A DNA stretch of 64,000 bases, from assembly GCA_036274295.1 (NCBI GenBank), contig DASUFZ010000341.1, positions 2,857-66,856 on the forward strand, read 5' to 3'. Positions 46,688-55,879 of the stretch are shown piece by piece; position 1 is the stretch's first letter; each line of letters opens with the position of its first letter. Made by a program: the position numbers and the translations under genes. The notes under the pieces were generated by a model that had not been told where the DNA came from, ran no database searches, and saw only the letters and a list, made by a program, of their open reading frames with translations. Origin of the DNA: Myxococcota bacterium. GTDB taxonomy: Bacteria; Myxococcota_A; UBA9160; SMWR01.

Positions 46688-47616
46688 GAGGCGGCCGCCT
46701 CCGCGCGGCAGGACGCGAGGATCGCGTCGGCGCCGCGCGCGCGCAGCAGGCTCGCGAGCTCGGCGCCGAGCGCGCGCGCCTCGGACGCCGGTCCCGAGAG
46801 CTCCGCGGCGACGATGCGCGCGCCGTCCGGCGCGATCACGCGGGCGCGCACGCGCAGCGCGCCGTCCTCGCATTCGGCGAGCGCGGCCAGCGGCACGTTG
46901 CAGTCCGCACCGAGCTCCGCCGAGATGCCGCGCTCCGCCGCGACGCGCGCCGCCGTCTCCGCGTGGTCGAGCGCGGCGAGCTCCGCGGCCAGCGGATCGG
47001 CGCGGCGCGCCTGCACCGCCAGCGCGCCCTGCGCGACGGCCGGCAGCATGACGTCGGGCTCGAGTCGCTGGGTGATGCGCGCGGACAGGCCGAGGCGCTC
47101 GAGCCCCGCGCAGGCCAGCACCACCGCGGCGAGGTCCTGCTCCTCGAGCTTGCGCAGGCGCGTCGGCACGTTGCCGCGTAGCGGCGCAATCTCGAGATCC
47201 GGCCGCAGCAGGCGCAGCTGCGCGGCGCGGCGCACGCTGCCGGTGCCGACGCGCGCGCCGCGCGCGAGGCTTCGCAAGCTCGCGCCGGACGCGCGCGCGA
47301 CCAGCGCGTCGCGCGGGTCGGCGCGCTCCGGGAAGGCCACCAGCGCGAGCTCCGGCGGCATCGCGGCGGGCAGGTCCTTGGCGCTGTGGACGGCCACGTC
47401 GGCGCGCCCGTCGAGCAGCGCCTCCTCGATCTCCTTGACGAAGAGTCCTTTGCCGCCGACACGCGCCAGCGACACCGACTGAAGGCGGTCGCCGCTCGTC
47501 TCGAGCGGGACGATCTGCGTCTCGACCCGGAGCTTCGCGGCGATCCGCTCGGCCACGAAGCGCGCCTGCCACAGCGCGAGCTCGCTCCCGCGCGTGGCGA
47601 TGCGGACAGGCTTCAC
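46684..47616 (-). CDS. hemC: hydroxymethylbilane synthase (porphobilinogen deaminase)
   Basis: C-terminal 311 codons of ORF 46684..48984. IRIATRGSELALWQA, GGKGLFVKEIE and HSAKDLP. GTGA overlap with the hemA stop. Confidence 0.9.
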   Translation of the reverse strand: MKPVRIATRGSELALWQARFVAERIAAKLRVETQIVPLETSGDRLQSVSLARVGGKGLFVKEIEEALLDGRADVAVHSAKDLPAAMPPELALVAFPERADPRDALVARASGASLRSLARGARVGTGSVRRAAQLRLLRPDLEIAPLRGNVPTRLRKLEEQDLAAVVLACAGLERLGLSARITQRLEPDVMLPAVAQGALAVQARRADPLAAELAALDHAETAARVAAERGISAELGADCNVPLAALAECEDGALRVRARVIAPDGARIVAAELSGPASEARALGAELASLLRARGADAILASCRAEAAAS

Positions 47617-48941
47617 GACTCTTCCGGGTCGGCGTCGGGCGGGCCCTGCGCCGCAGCGCCGCTCTCCCCGTCCGCCTCGTCGAGCCCGAAGAGGAGGCGC
47701 GCCACCTCGAGGTACGCCATGCCCTCCTCGCGCTCCGCCTCGTGGCGCAGCCGCGCGAGCGGCGCGTGCAAGATCTTGTTGACGAGCGCGCGCGACAGCG
47801 CCTCGACGGCCTCGCGCGTCTCGTCGTCGAGGCCGAGGCGCGGCAAGCTGCGCTCGAGCTCGCGCGCGCGGATCGACTCCACGCGGCCGCGCAGGTCGCG
47901 GATCGTCGGGACCGCGCGCAGCGCGGCGAACCAGCCCTCGAAGCGCTGCTGTTCCTCGGCCACGATCGCCTCGGCGCGCGCCTGCTCGCGGCGTCGCTCC
48001 TCGGCGTTGCCGCTCGCGACGGCCGCCAGCGCGTCGATGTCGTAGCGGTACACGTCGTCGAGACGGTCGATGGCGGGATCGGCGTTGCGCGGCACGCCGA
48101 TGTCGATCACGAAGATCGGGCGACCGCGGCGCGCGCGCAGCGCCGGCTCGAGCGTGTCGACGCGCAGGATGGGGCGGTCGCCGCCGATGGAGGTCAGCAC
48201 GACGTCGGATTCGGCGAGCAGGCGCGGCAGCTCGTCGAGGCCGTGCGCCGTCGCGCCGTAGGCGACGGCCAGCTGCGCCGCGCGCTCCGCGCTGCGGTTC
48301 GCAACTGCCAGCGACGCGACGCCGGCGTCGCGCAGCGCGCCGAGCGCCAGCTCCGCCATCTCGCCCGCGCCGATGAGCAGCGCGCGCTTGCCCGACATGT
48401 CCTCGAAGATCTGGCGGGCCAGCCCCACGGCGACCCGTGCGACCGAGAGCGAGCCCTCGGCGATGCGCGTGTCGGTGCGGACGCGCTTCGCGGCGGCGAA
48501 GGCGCGCTGGTAGAGGCGGTCGAGGATGGGGCCGCAGGCGCCGGCCTCGACGGCCGCGCGGTAGGCCTCCTTCGTCTGGCCGAGGATCTGCGGCTCGCCG
48601 ACCACCATCGAGTCGAGCGCGGCGGCCACGCGCATGACGTGCCGCATGGCCTCGCCGTCGCGGTACTCGTAGAGCGCCTCGTCGAGCCCGCGCTCCTGTA
48701 GGACCGGATCGCCGCCGAGCTCGCGGCGGAAGAACGAGCGCAGGCGCAGGCGCGCCGCCTCGGGGCTGCGCGTCAGCGCGACGACCTCGACCCGGTTGCA
48801 GGTCGAGAGCAGCACCGCCTCCTCGATCTCCTCGCAGGCGACGAGCTTCTGCACGAACGGCCCGGGTTCGTTCACGGCGAGGCGCTCGCGCAGATCGAGC
48901 GGCGCGCTGCGGTGGTTCATGCCGAGGAGGAGCAGCTTCAC
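47613..48941 (-). CDS. hemA: glutamyl-tRNA reductase
   Basis: C-terminal 443 codons of ORF 47613..49292. LLLLGMNHRSAPLDLRERL, LSTCNRVEV and GEPQILGQ. GTGA overlap with the upstream stop. Confidence 0.9.
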   Translation of the reverse strand: MKLLLLGMNHRSAPLDLRERLAVNEPGPFVQKLVACEEIEEAVLLSTCNRVEVVALTRSPEAARLRLRSFFRRELGGDPVLQERGLDEALYEYRDGEAMRHVMRVAAALDSMVVGEPQILGQTKEAYRAAVEAGACGPILDRLYQRAFAAAKRVRTDTRIAEGSLSVARVAVGLARQIFEDMSGKRALLIGAGEMAELALGALRDAGVASLAVANRSAERAAQLAVAYGATAHGLDELPRLLAESDVVLTSIGGDRPILRVDTLEPALRARRGRPIFVIDIGVPRNADPAIDRLDDVYRYDIDALAAVASGNAEERRREQARAEAIVAEEQQRFEGWFAALRAVPTIRDLRGRVESIRARELERSLPRLGLDDETREAVEALSRALVNKILHAPLARLRHEAEREEGMAYLEVARLLFGLDEADGESGAAAQGPPDADPEES

Positions 48942-49726
48942 GCCAGCACCTCCACGCCCACCACCCACACCGAAAGCAGCGCAAAGCCCGCCAGCGCCGA
49001 GATCGCGCAGCGGCGCGCGCCCTGATGGACGGCGAAGCGCTGGAGCACGAGCAGGAGGTAGAGGCACCAGGCGACGAGCGCGCCGATCTCGTGCGCGTTG
49101 CCGTCCCAGCTCTCGCGCGCGGCGTGCACCCACATGGCGCCCGTCACCACGCCGAGCGTCAGCAGCGGGAAGCCGATCGCGAGCGCGACGGCGCCGGCGC
49201 GATCGAGCGACTCGAGCGACGGCAGTCCGCTGCCGGGGAGCGCTTGACGGCGCTTCAGACGGCGATGCTCGGCGAGGAAGAGCGCACCGCACAGACCCGC
49301 CAGCCCCAGCAGGGCGAAGCCGGCGCTCGCCAGCAGCACGTGCGCATGCGCGAGCGACGCGCTGCCGGCCGTCGTCGCCTCGACGGGTCCCGGCAGGCGC
49401 AGCGCCGCCAGGAAGACGCCGAGGAAGGCCATCGGCGCGACCAGCACGACGAGGCCCGACACCCGCGTCCGCCGCAGCAGCGCGAGGTAGGCGAGCGTCC
49501 CGATCCAGGACATCAAGGACGCGGCCCAGGCCAGGTCGGTCAGCGGGGGCGGCGGATTCGCCGTGTGGAGCAGCGAGAAGGTGAGGCCATGCGCGAGCGC
49601 GCCGGCCGCCAGCGCTCCCACGGCGACGCGCATGGCGCGCGCGCTGCCGAGCGCCAGTCCGGCGCCGGAGGCGAGGCAGGCGACCAGGTAGAGGGCGCCG
49701 GTCAAGGTATGGAGCGCGACGACCAT
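48938..49726 (-). CDS. CcsA/HemX-like cytochrome c assembly family membrane protein
   Basis: 262 aa, 7-8 TM segments, a degenerate Trp-rich motif (GAMWVHAARESWDGNAHE). Its position directly upstream of hemA matches many Gram-negative and Gram-positive hem operons. Confidence 0.65.
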   Translation of the reverse strand: MVVALHTLTGALYLVACLASGAGLALGSARAMRVAVGALAAGALAHGLTFSLLHTANPPPPLTDLAWAASLMSWIGTLAYLALLRRTRVSGLVVLVAPMAFLGVFLAALRLPGPVEATTAGSASLAHAHVLLASAGFALLGLAGLCGALFLAEHRRLKRRQALPGSGLPSLESLDRAGAVALAIGFPLLTLGVVTGAMWVHAARESWDGNAHEIGALVAWCLYLLLVLQRFAVHQGARRCAISALAGFALLSVWVVGVEVLA

Positions 49727-49766
49727 GGGATCCCGGTGGACCCGAGGCTAGCTCCCTGCGCCCGGC

Positions 49767-50324
49767 TCAGCGCCGCGGCGGCCCGCCGGCCCCGCGCAGG
49801 CGCTCCATCTGCTCGCGCACGCGCGCGGCGTCGTGCGCCATCTCGAACATGCGGTACATCGGCTCGCCGAAGAGCACGAAGCGGATCTCCTCCAGGCTGC
49901 CCGGGCTGCGCAGGAACGCGCGCGCCTCCTCGATCAGGATCTCCGCGCAGCGCTGCGCGCTGAAGCCCCCGATGCCGGCGCCGATCGCGGGGATCGCGAT
50001 CGTGCGGCAGCCGCGCTCCGCCGCCAGCTCGAGGCTGCGCCGCACGCTCCGCCGGATGCTGTCCTCGCTGGCGGCACCACCCGGTGGCATGCCGGCGGCA
50101 TGGATCACGTAACGCGCCGGCAAGGCGCCGGCACCCGTGACCGCGGCGCCGCCGACCTCGACCCCGCCGATCGCGTCGCACTCGGCCTGGATGGACGGAC
50201 CGCCCTTCTGCTTGATCGCGCCCGCCACGCCGGCGCCGAGCACCAGCGTGCTGTTCGCCGCGTTGACGATGGCGTCGACCCGCTGCTCGGTGATGTCGCC
50301 CTCGCAGATCGAGATGCGCGCCAC
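49767..50324 (-). CDS. macro domain protein (O-acetyl-ADP-ribose deacetylase-like)
   Basis: C-terminal 186 codons of ORF 49767..50972. ICEGDITEQRVDAIVNAANSTLVLGAGVAGAI and IAIPAIGAGIGGF. GTG 50324 shares one nt with the upstream TAG. Confidence 0.85.
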   Translation of the reverse strand: MARISICEGDITEQRVDAIVNAANSTLVLGAGVAGAIKQKGGPSIQAECDAIGGVEVGGAAVTGAGALPARYVIHAAGMPPGGAASEDSIRRSVRRSLELAAERGCRTIAIPAIGAGIGGFSAQRCAEILIEEARAFLRSPGSLEEIRFVLFGEPMYRMFEMAHDAARVREQMERLRGAGGPPRR

Positions 50325-50926
50325 TAGCGCCGTCCGGGCCCGGGGAAGAGCGCGTCGTCGCAGAGCTCGCACAGCAGGTGGATCACCGCGATGTGACACT
50401 CCTGGATGCGCGCGGTGACGTCCGACGGCACGACGATCGCGAGATCGGCGGCAGCGGCGAGCTTGCCCCCGCCCTTGCCCGTCAGCGCCAGGCTCGTGAG
50501 TCCTGCCTCGCGCGCCGCGGCGACTCCCCCGAGCACGTTCGGCGAGCGGCCCGACGTCGAGATCGCGACGGCGAGATCGCCGGGCCGGCCGTGCGCGCGC
50601 ACGAGCCGCGCGAAGACCTCGTCGAAGCCGTAGTCGTTGCCGATCGCCGTGAGATCCGACGTGTTCGCGGTCAGCGCCAGCGCGGGCAGGCCCGGGCGCT
50701 CGCGCTCGTAGCGGCCGGCCAGCTCCGCCGCGAGGTGTTGCGCGTCCGCGGCGGAGCCGCCGTTGCCGAAGGTGAGCACGCGGCCGCCGGCGCGGAAGGT
50801 CGCGGCGATGCGCAGCGCGGCCTCCGCAATGGCGGGAGCACAAGCCTCTGCCGTCGCGCGCTTCGCCTGCGCGCTCTCTGCGAGCGCCGCGCGCACGCGC
50901 TCCGCGAGGGATTCCGATGTCGGCAC
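50324..50926 (-). CDS. gmhA: SIS-domain D-sedoheptulose-7-phosphate isomerase
   Basis: ORF 50324..51052 with the start moved to GTG 50926. GGRVLTFGNGGSAADAQHLAAEL, ISTSGRSPNV and RIQECHIAVIHLLCEL. Confidence 0.78.
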   Translation of the reverse strand: MPTSESLAERVRAALAESAQAKRATAEACAPAIAEAALRIAATFRAGGRVLTFGNGGSAADAQHLAAELAGRYERERPGLPALALTANTSDLTAIGNDYGFDEVFARLVRAHGRPGDLAVAISTSGRSPNVLGGVAAAREAGLTSLALTGKGGGKLAAAADLAIVVPSDVTARIQECHIAVIHLLCELCDDALFPGPGRR

Positions 50927-51029
50927 GCGGCTCGACTTTGGTCGATGCGGGCGCGCCGGACAAGGGCCGCACCGCGTGCCGGGGGGCGATCCGCTAAGGT
51001 CCGGACTTCTCCAGGAGAACCGACACGCC

Positions 51030-51353
51030 ATGGCCGACGTCATCGAAGTCACCGATCAGACCTTCGAGAGCGAAGTGCTCAAGTCCGACAAGCCCGCCAT
51101 CATCGACTTCTGGGCCGAGTGGTGCGGCCCCTGCCGCCAGATCGCGCCGATCATCAAGGAGATCGCGGCGGAGTACGGAGACCGGGTCAAGATCACGAAG
51201 ATGGACGTCGACTCGAACCCGGCGACACCGGGGCGCTACGGCGTGCGCGCGATCCCGACCATCCTCGCCATCCGCGGCGGGCAGGTCGTGCAGCAGATCC
51301 AGGGCGCCCGTCCGAAGGCCGACTTCGTGACGATGGTGAAGGGTCTCCTCTAG
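51030..51353 (+). CDS. trxA: thioredoxin
   Basis: MADVIEVTDQTFESEVLKSDKPAIIDFWAEWCGPCRQIAP (WCGPC), 107 aa. In-frame C-terminal part of ORF 50763..51353. Confidence 0.95.
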   Translation: MADVIEVTDQTFESEVLKSDKPAIIDFWAEWCGPCRQIAPIIKEIAAEYGDRVKITKMDVDSNPATPGRYGVRAIPTILAIRGGQVVQQIQGARPKADFVTMVKGLL

Positions 51354-52075
51354 GCCGGCGGAGCCGCCGCCGCGATCTGCGGACGCGGGGGTGGATCGAA
51401 GAAGCGCACCGGCCAGCTGCGTCGCACCGCCTCGCGGTAGAGCAGCGGGTCGGGGTTCACCGCGACCGGATGGCCGACGAGGTCGAGCAGCGGCCGGTCC
51501 GTGATCGAGTCGGTGTAGAAGTACGAGCGCGCGAGGTCGATCGCCTGGTCCTCGATGAACTGCTGGAGCCAGTAGATCTTCCCCTCCTCGAAGCAGATCG
51601 GCTCGATCACGCGGCCCGTGAAGGCGCCCTCCTCGACCTCGAGGCGCGTGTAGAGCATGTGGCGGATGCCGAGGCGCGCGGCCAGCGGCCGCACCACGAA
51701 CTTCGTCGCGCCCGAGACGATCGCGACGACGTGGCCGGCGGCTTCGTGCTCGCGCACGAGCCGGACGGCCTCGGGATAGATGGTCGCCGCCACCATCTCG
51801 TCGAACCACTGCGCCGCCTCCTTCTCGAGCTCGGCCTCCTTCAGCCCGCGGAATTGCACCATCATGTTCTTGGTCCAGTTGCGGATGTCGAGCACGCCGA
51901 GCTTGTACTGGATGTAGGCGCCGAGCCCGCGCAGCAGATCGACGCCGCCGATCTCCCCGCGCGCGTAGCGGTACTTCATGTAGAGGCTGCCGGAGTTCTC
52001 GGCGATCAAGGTCTTGTCCATGTCGAAGAAGGCGCCGACGCGAGGCGCGCCGTTCCGCTCTGCGGGAATGGACAT
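51350..52075 (-). CDS. HAD-IB family hydrolase (SerB-like phosphatase)
   Basis: 241 aa. Motif I FFDMDKTLI, VSGATKF and YTDSITDRPLL. Confidence 0.8.
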   Translation of the reverse strand: MSIPAERNGAPRVGAFFDMDKTLIAENSGSLYMKYRYARGEIGGVDLLRGLGAYIQYKLGVLDIRNWTKNMMVQFRGLKEAELEKEAAQWFDEMVAATIYPEAVRLVREHEAAGHVVAIVSGATKFVVRPLAARLGIRHMLYTRLEVEEGAFTGRVIEPICFEEGKIYWLQQFIEDQAIDLARSYFYTDSITDRPLLDLVGHPVAVNPDPLLYREAVRRSWPVRFFDPPPRPQIAAAAPPA

Positions 52076-52100
52076 GGATCGAGCCTATCACGCGAGGCGG

Positions 52101-52145
52101 CAAGCCGCGGCGGCGCGCAGCGAGGCGCAGCCGAGCGAAGATCGG
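52101..52145 (+). repeat. dispersed double-hairpin repeat, copy D
   Basis: CAAGC, then hairpin GCCGC-G-GCGGC, then core GCGCAGCGAGGCGCAGCCGAGCGAAG (52115..52140). Lies between rodA and the HAD gene, in inverse orientation to both. Confidence 0.65.
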
Positions 52146-52147
52146 AG

Positions 52148-53245
52148 CTAGAAGACGTACCGCCGCATCGAGACGTTCATCAGCAGGCCGATCGCGGCGA
52201 GCGTCGTCACCATCGCCGAGCCGCCGTACGAGAAGAGCGGCAAGGGCACGCCGATCACGGGAGCCAGCCCGAGCACCATGGCGACGTTGAGCACCGCTGG
52301 CCAGAAGAGACACCCCACGACGCCGATCGCGAGCAGCGCGCCGAAATCGTCCTTCGAGCTACGCGCCACCACGAGCCCCCAGAAGAGCAAGGTCGCGTAG
52401 AGGACGAGCACCACGCAGGAGCCGGCGAAGCCCCACTCCTCCGCGACGACGGAGAAGGCGAAGTCCGTGTGCTGTGTCGGCAGGAAGCGCAGCTGCGTCT
52501 GCGTCCCCTGCATGTAGCCCGTGCCGAAGAGGCCGCCCGATCCGATCGCGATGCGCGACTGGTTCACCTGGTAGCCCGACGCGAGCGGATCGCGGCCCGG
52601 ATCGACGACGGCGAGGATGCGCTCCTTCTGGTACGGCGCGAGCGAGAAGGTCCAGAGCGCCGCCAGCGACGCCAGCGCCAGCACCGCGACGCCCGCCCAC
52701 GCGCGCCACGGGATGCGCACGAGCGGCAGGTAGGTCGCGCCGATCAGCAGGGTCAGCAGCGCCACGCCCATGTCGCGCTGGAGCACGATCATGCCGACCG
52801 GCAGCCCCAGGATCGCGCCCGGCCAGATGAGATCGCGCAGGCGCGTGGTCTCGCCGGGCGGGTTGCGGTGGAAGTAGCGCGCGAGCACGAGCACGATCGA
52901 GAGCTTCGCGAACTCGGCCGGCTGCACGCGTCCGCCGAAGAGCCAGCTCTGCGAGCCGCGCGTGACGGGCGCGATCACCAGGGTCAGCGCGAGGAGCCCG
53001 AGCGCGACGGCGAAGACGGGCAGCGCGAGCCGCTCGTAGTGCCGGTAGTCGATCACGGTGACGACGACCGCCACGCACGTGCCGACACCGAAGGCGATGA
53101 GCTGGCGCGAGAGCTCGCCCGAGATGCCTTCGGCCTGGTGCGTCGCGGAGAAGAGGTTGACGAGGCCGAGCGTCGCCAGGATCGAGACGAGCCCGAGCAG
53201 GGTCCAGTCGAAGTTCTGGAGCAGGCGGCGGTCAATCGCGGGCAT
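52148..53245 (-). CDS. rodA: peptidoglycan glycosyltransferase RodA (SEDS family)
   Basis: 365 aa, FtsW/RodA/SpoVE pattern (PAEFAKL, LPTQHTDFAFS, PLPLFSYGGSAM). Follows mrdA with a 14-nt overlap. Confidence 0.9.
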   Translation of the reverse strand: MPAIDRRLLQNFDWTLLGLVSILATLGLVNLFSATHQAEGISGELSRQLIAFGVGTCVAVVVTVIDYRHYERLALPVFAVALGLLALTLVIAPVTRGSQSWLFGGRVQPAEFAKLSIVLVLARYFHRNPPGETTRLRDLIWPGAILGLPVGMIVLQRDMGVALLTLLIGATYLPLVRIPWRAWAGVAVLALASLAALWTFSLAPYQKERILAVVDPGRDPLASGYQVNQSRIAIGSGGLFGTGYMQGTQTQLRFLPTQHTDFAFSVVAEEWGFAGSCVVLVLYATLLFWGLVVARSSKDDFGALLAIGVVGCLFWPAVLNVAMVLGLAPVIGVPLPLFSYGGSAMVTTLAAIGLLMNVSMRRYVF

Positions 53246-55343
53246 CGGCCCCTCCTGCGCCGGCGACGCTCACGCCCGCGCCGTGCCTTGCCTGCGTCTG
53301 CGGCTGCGGCAGCTCTTCCGGCCGCTGCATCTCTTCCGTGCCCTGGGGATCCGGCACGTCGAGCTCCGGCATCTCGTCGGGGTTGCCGCCCCCGGGCGCG
53401 TCGAGCTCGGGCTCCGGCGGCGCCTCTTCGGCGTCGGCCTCCTGCTGCGGAGGCACGGGCGCGTGCGGCACGACGGCCGGAGCGGGCGGGGTGAGATCGA
53501 CGTTGAAGTACGCGGCCATCACCTTCTGCACGACCGGGCCGGCCGCGGAGCCGCCGTGTCCGCCGTGCTCGACGAGCGCGGCGACGACGATCTCCGGCGC
53601 TTCGGCGGGCGCGTAGCCGACGAACCAGGCGTGGTCGCGGTGACGCATGCGCACGTCTTCGTCGTCGAGGTGATCCGTGTGCTCGAGCCCGACGACCTGC
53701 GCGGTGCCGGTCTTGCCGGCCGAGCGGATGCCCGGCACGCGCGAGCGCCCGCCCGTGCCGCGCGGCTCGTTGACGACGCCCTCGAGCGCGGAGCGCACGA
53801 GCGCCAGATGCTCCGGCGCGACCGGAACCGTGGCGAGCACCTCCGCGGGCGGCGCCTCGACGGCCTTGCCCTCGGAGTCGGTCACGCGCAGCACGAGCCG
53901 CGGCTTCAGCACCTTGCCGCCGTTCGCGATCGCGCCGTAGGCGACTGCGAGCTGGAGCGGCGTCACCAGGTTGAAGCCCTGGCCGATCGACGCCGACACC
54001 GTCTCGCCGAGCATCCACGGCTCCTTGAAGCGGCGCTCCTTCCACGTCGTCGTCGGCACGAGACCGGCCTGCTCGTTCGCGAGCGGGATGCCGGTGCCCT
54101 TGCCGAGCCCGAAGCCGCGCGCGAAGAACGCGAGCCGGTCGATGCCGAGCTCGAGGCCGAGGTGGTAGAAGTAGACGTCGCACGATTCCACGAGCGCTCG
54201 ATGCAGGTCGACGGCTCCGTGGCCCTCCTTCTTCCAGCAGCGATAGGTGCGGCGCCCGAGCCGGAAGGAGCCCGGACAGAAGACCTTCTTGTTCGGGTCG
54301 ACGAGCCCCTCTTCGAGCCCGGCCGCGGCGACCAGCGCTTTGTAGGTCGAGCCCGGCGGGTAGTTGCCCGCGATCGCGCGGTTCTGGAGCGGACGCCACT
54401 CGTCGTCGACGAGGGACTTCCAGGTCTCGGAGGCGATGCCGCCCGCGAAGGCGTTCGGATCGTACGAGGGCTTCGACACCAGCGCGAGCACGTCGCCGGT
54501 GCGCACGTCGAGCGCGACCACGGCGCCCATCTTCGAGGGCTCGCCGATCACGTCGGGCAGGAAGGCCTGCTCCGCCGCGCGCTGCATGTCGAGATCGAGC
54601 GTCAACGTGACGGAGCCGCCCGACACGGGCTCGATCTCGTCGAGCATGCCCTCGACGCGGCCCGCGACGTTGACGACGAGGTTGCGCCCGCCGGCCTGTC
54701 CGCGCAGCTCGCTCTGCATCAGCGATTCGACGCCCGACTGCCCGATCACCTCGCCCGGGCGGTAGTCCGCATAGCGCCGCGTCTCGAGCTGGCCGCGCTG
54801 GATCTCGCCGATCGTGCCGAGCAGGTGCGCCGCGAGCTGGCCCTCGGTGTACAGGCGCCGCGGCCGCACGTCGGTGACGACGCCCGCGAGCGCATACAGG
54901 TGCGACTCGACGCGCGCGCGCTGGTCGTCGGTCAGGTCGGCGACGACCTGCACGGGCTGGAAGCGCGTGCGGCCGCGCGGCGAGCCGAGCTCCGCGCGCA
55001 GGGTCTGGGGATCCTGGTCGATCAGCGAGGCGAGCGCGCGCAAGGTGCGCTCCGGCCGGCGCAGGTCGTTCGGGATCACCTGCACCGCGAAGGCGGGGCG
55101 CGTCGTCGCCAGCACGCGGCCCTCGCGGTCGAGGATGTCGCCGCGCGGCGCCTCGAGGCGGACCGTGCGCACGTAGTTGCGCTCCGAGCGCCGGCGCAGG
55201 TCGTCGGTCTGGATGAACTGGAGCTGGAAGAGGCGCAGCAGGAAGGCGCCGAAGACCAGCACGATCAGGGCCGCGAGCAGCGGGATCCTGTCTGCGATGG
55301 TCGAGTCGCTGCCGCCGAGCCGTGCGCGCCGGTCGCCGATCAC
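53232..55343 (-). CDS. mrdA: penicillin-binding protein 2 (elongasome transpeptidase)
   Basis: 703 aa. PBP dimerisation domain, STYK (SxxK), SCD-like region and KTGTAQ. An ~86-aa Pro/Glu-rich C-terminal tail. Confidence 0.9.
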   Translation of the reverse strand: MIGDRRARLGGSDSTIADRIPLLAALIVLVFGAFLLRLFQLQFIQTDDLRRRSERNYVRTVRLEAPRGDILDREGRVLATTRPAFAVQVIPNDLRRPERTLRALASLIDQDPQTLRAELGSPRGRTRFQPVQVVADLTDDQRARVESHLYALAGVVTDVRPRRLYTEGQLAAHLLGTIGEIQRGQLETRRYADYRPGEVIGQSGVESLMQSELRGQAGGRNLVVNVAGRVEGMLDEIEPVSGGSVTLTLDLDMQRAAEQAFLPDVIGEPSKMGAVVALDVRTGDVLALVSKPSYDPNAFAGGIASETWKSLVDDEWRPLQNRAIAGNYPPGSTYKALVAAAGLEEGLVDPNKKVFCPGSFRLGRRTYRCWKKEGHGAVDLHRALVESCDVYFYHLGLELGIDRLAFFARGFGLGKGTGIPLANEQAGLVPTTTWKERRFKEPWMLGETVSASIGQGFNLVTPLQLAVAYGAIANGGKVLKPRLVLRVTDSEGKAVEAPPAEVLATVPVAPEHLALVRSALEGVVNEPRGTGGRSRVPGIRSAGKTGTAQVVGLEHTDHLDDEDVRMRHRDHAWFVGYAPAEAPEIVVAALVEHGGHGGSAAGPVVQKVMAAYFNVDLTPPAPAVVPHAPVPPQQEADAEEAPPEPELDAPGGGNPDEMPELDVPDPQGTEEMQRPEELPQPQTQARHGAGVSVAGAGGADARD

Positions 55344-55879
55344 GGCGAGAGCCTGCGCGGCTCGAGGCGGAGCACGCGCCGACCGGAATCCTCGTCGAGG
55401 CGCGAGAACAGCGCGTTCACCGCCGCGATCGCGAACGGCGCCGCGAGCGCGTTCACCACCGCGTGTCGGATCAAGGCGAAGCTGCCGGCATAGCCCGGGC
55501 CGGCCGCGGGCGAGAAGAAGGCGGTGAGCGCGCCGAGCGCCAGCGCCGTCCCCACCGTGAGCGCCGCCACCAGGGTCATCTGCGTCGGCGCGCCGTGCAG
55601 GTTGAAGTGCACGCTGACGACGCGCGCGCTGCCGAAGGCGCAGAGCGAGATCAGCGCGTGCTGTCCGATCAGGGTGCCGGAGAGCAGGTCCGTCACGAAC
55701 CCGATCCAGGTCGCGAGCAGCAGCGCCGTCGCGAGCGAGCCCGGCCAGCCGAGGCCGAGCGCGACGACGAGGAGCAAGGCCGCGTCGGGGATCCAGCCGA
55801 CCGGCACGAACACGGCCAGCGCCCCCTGGATCATCGGGGCGAACAGGCCGAGCAGCGCGATCGCGACCGCGCGCTTCAC
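55340..55879 (-). CDS. mreD: rod shape-determining protein MreD
   Basis: C-terminal 180 codons of ORF 55340..57919. Small polytopic membrane protein between mreC and mrdA. GTGA overlap with the mreC stop. Confidence 0.75.
   Translation of the reverse strand: MKRAVAIALLGLFAPMIQGALAVFVPVGWIPDAALLLVVALGLGWPGSLATALLLATWIGFVTDLLSGTLIGQHALISLCAFGSARVVSVHFNLHGAPTQMTLVAALTVGTALALGALTAFFSPAAGPGYAGSFALIRHAVVNALAAPFAIAAVNALFSRLDEDSGRRVLRLEPRRLSP

Noticed and set aside
49767-50324. Macro domain protein as part of a DarTG-like toxin-antitoxin or defence module
   Set aside because: No DarT-like or other toxin gene is adjacent. It is coupled to gmhA and looks like an ordinary YmdB-type deacetylase.
50378-53494. 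1038-aa plus-strand ORF across gmhA, trxA, the HAD gene and rodA
   Set aside because: It is a shadow ORF. Only its thioredoxin-frame neighbour (51030..51353, a different listed ORF) is real on this strand.
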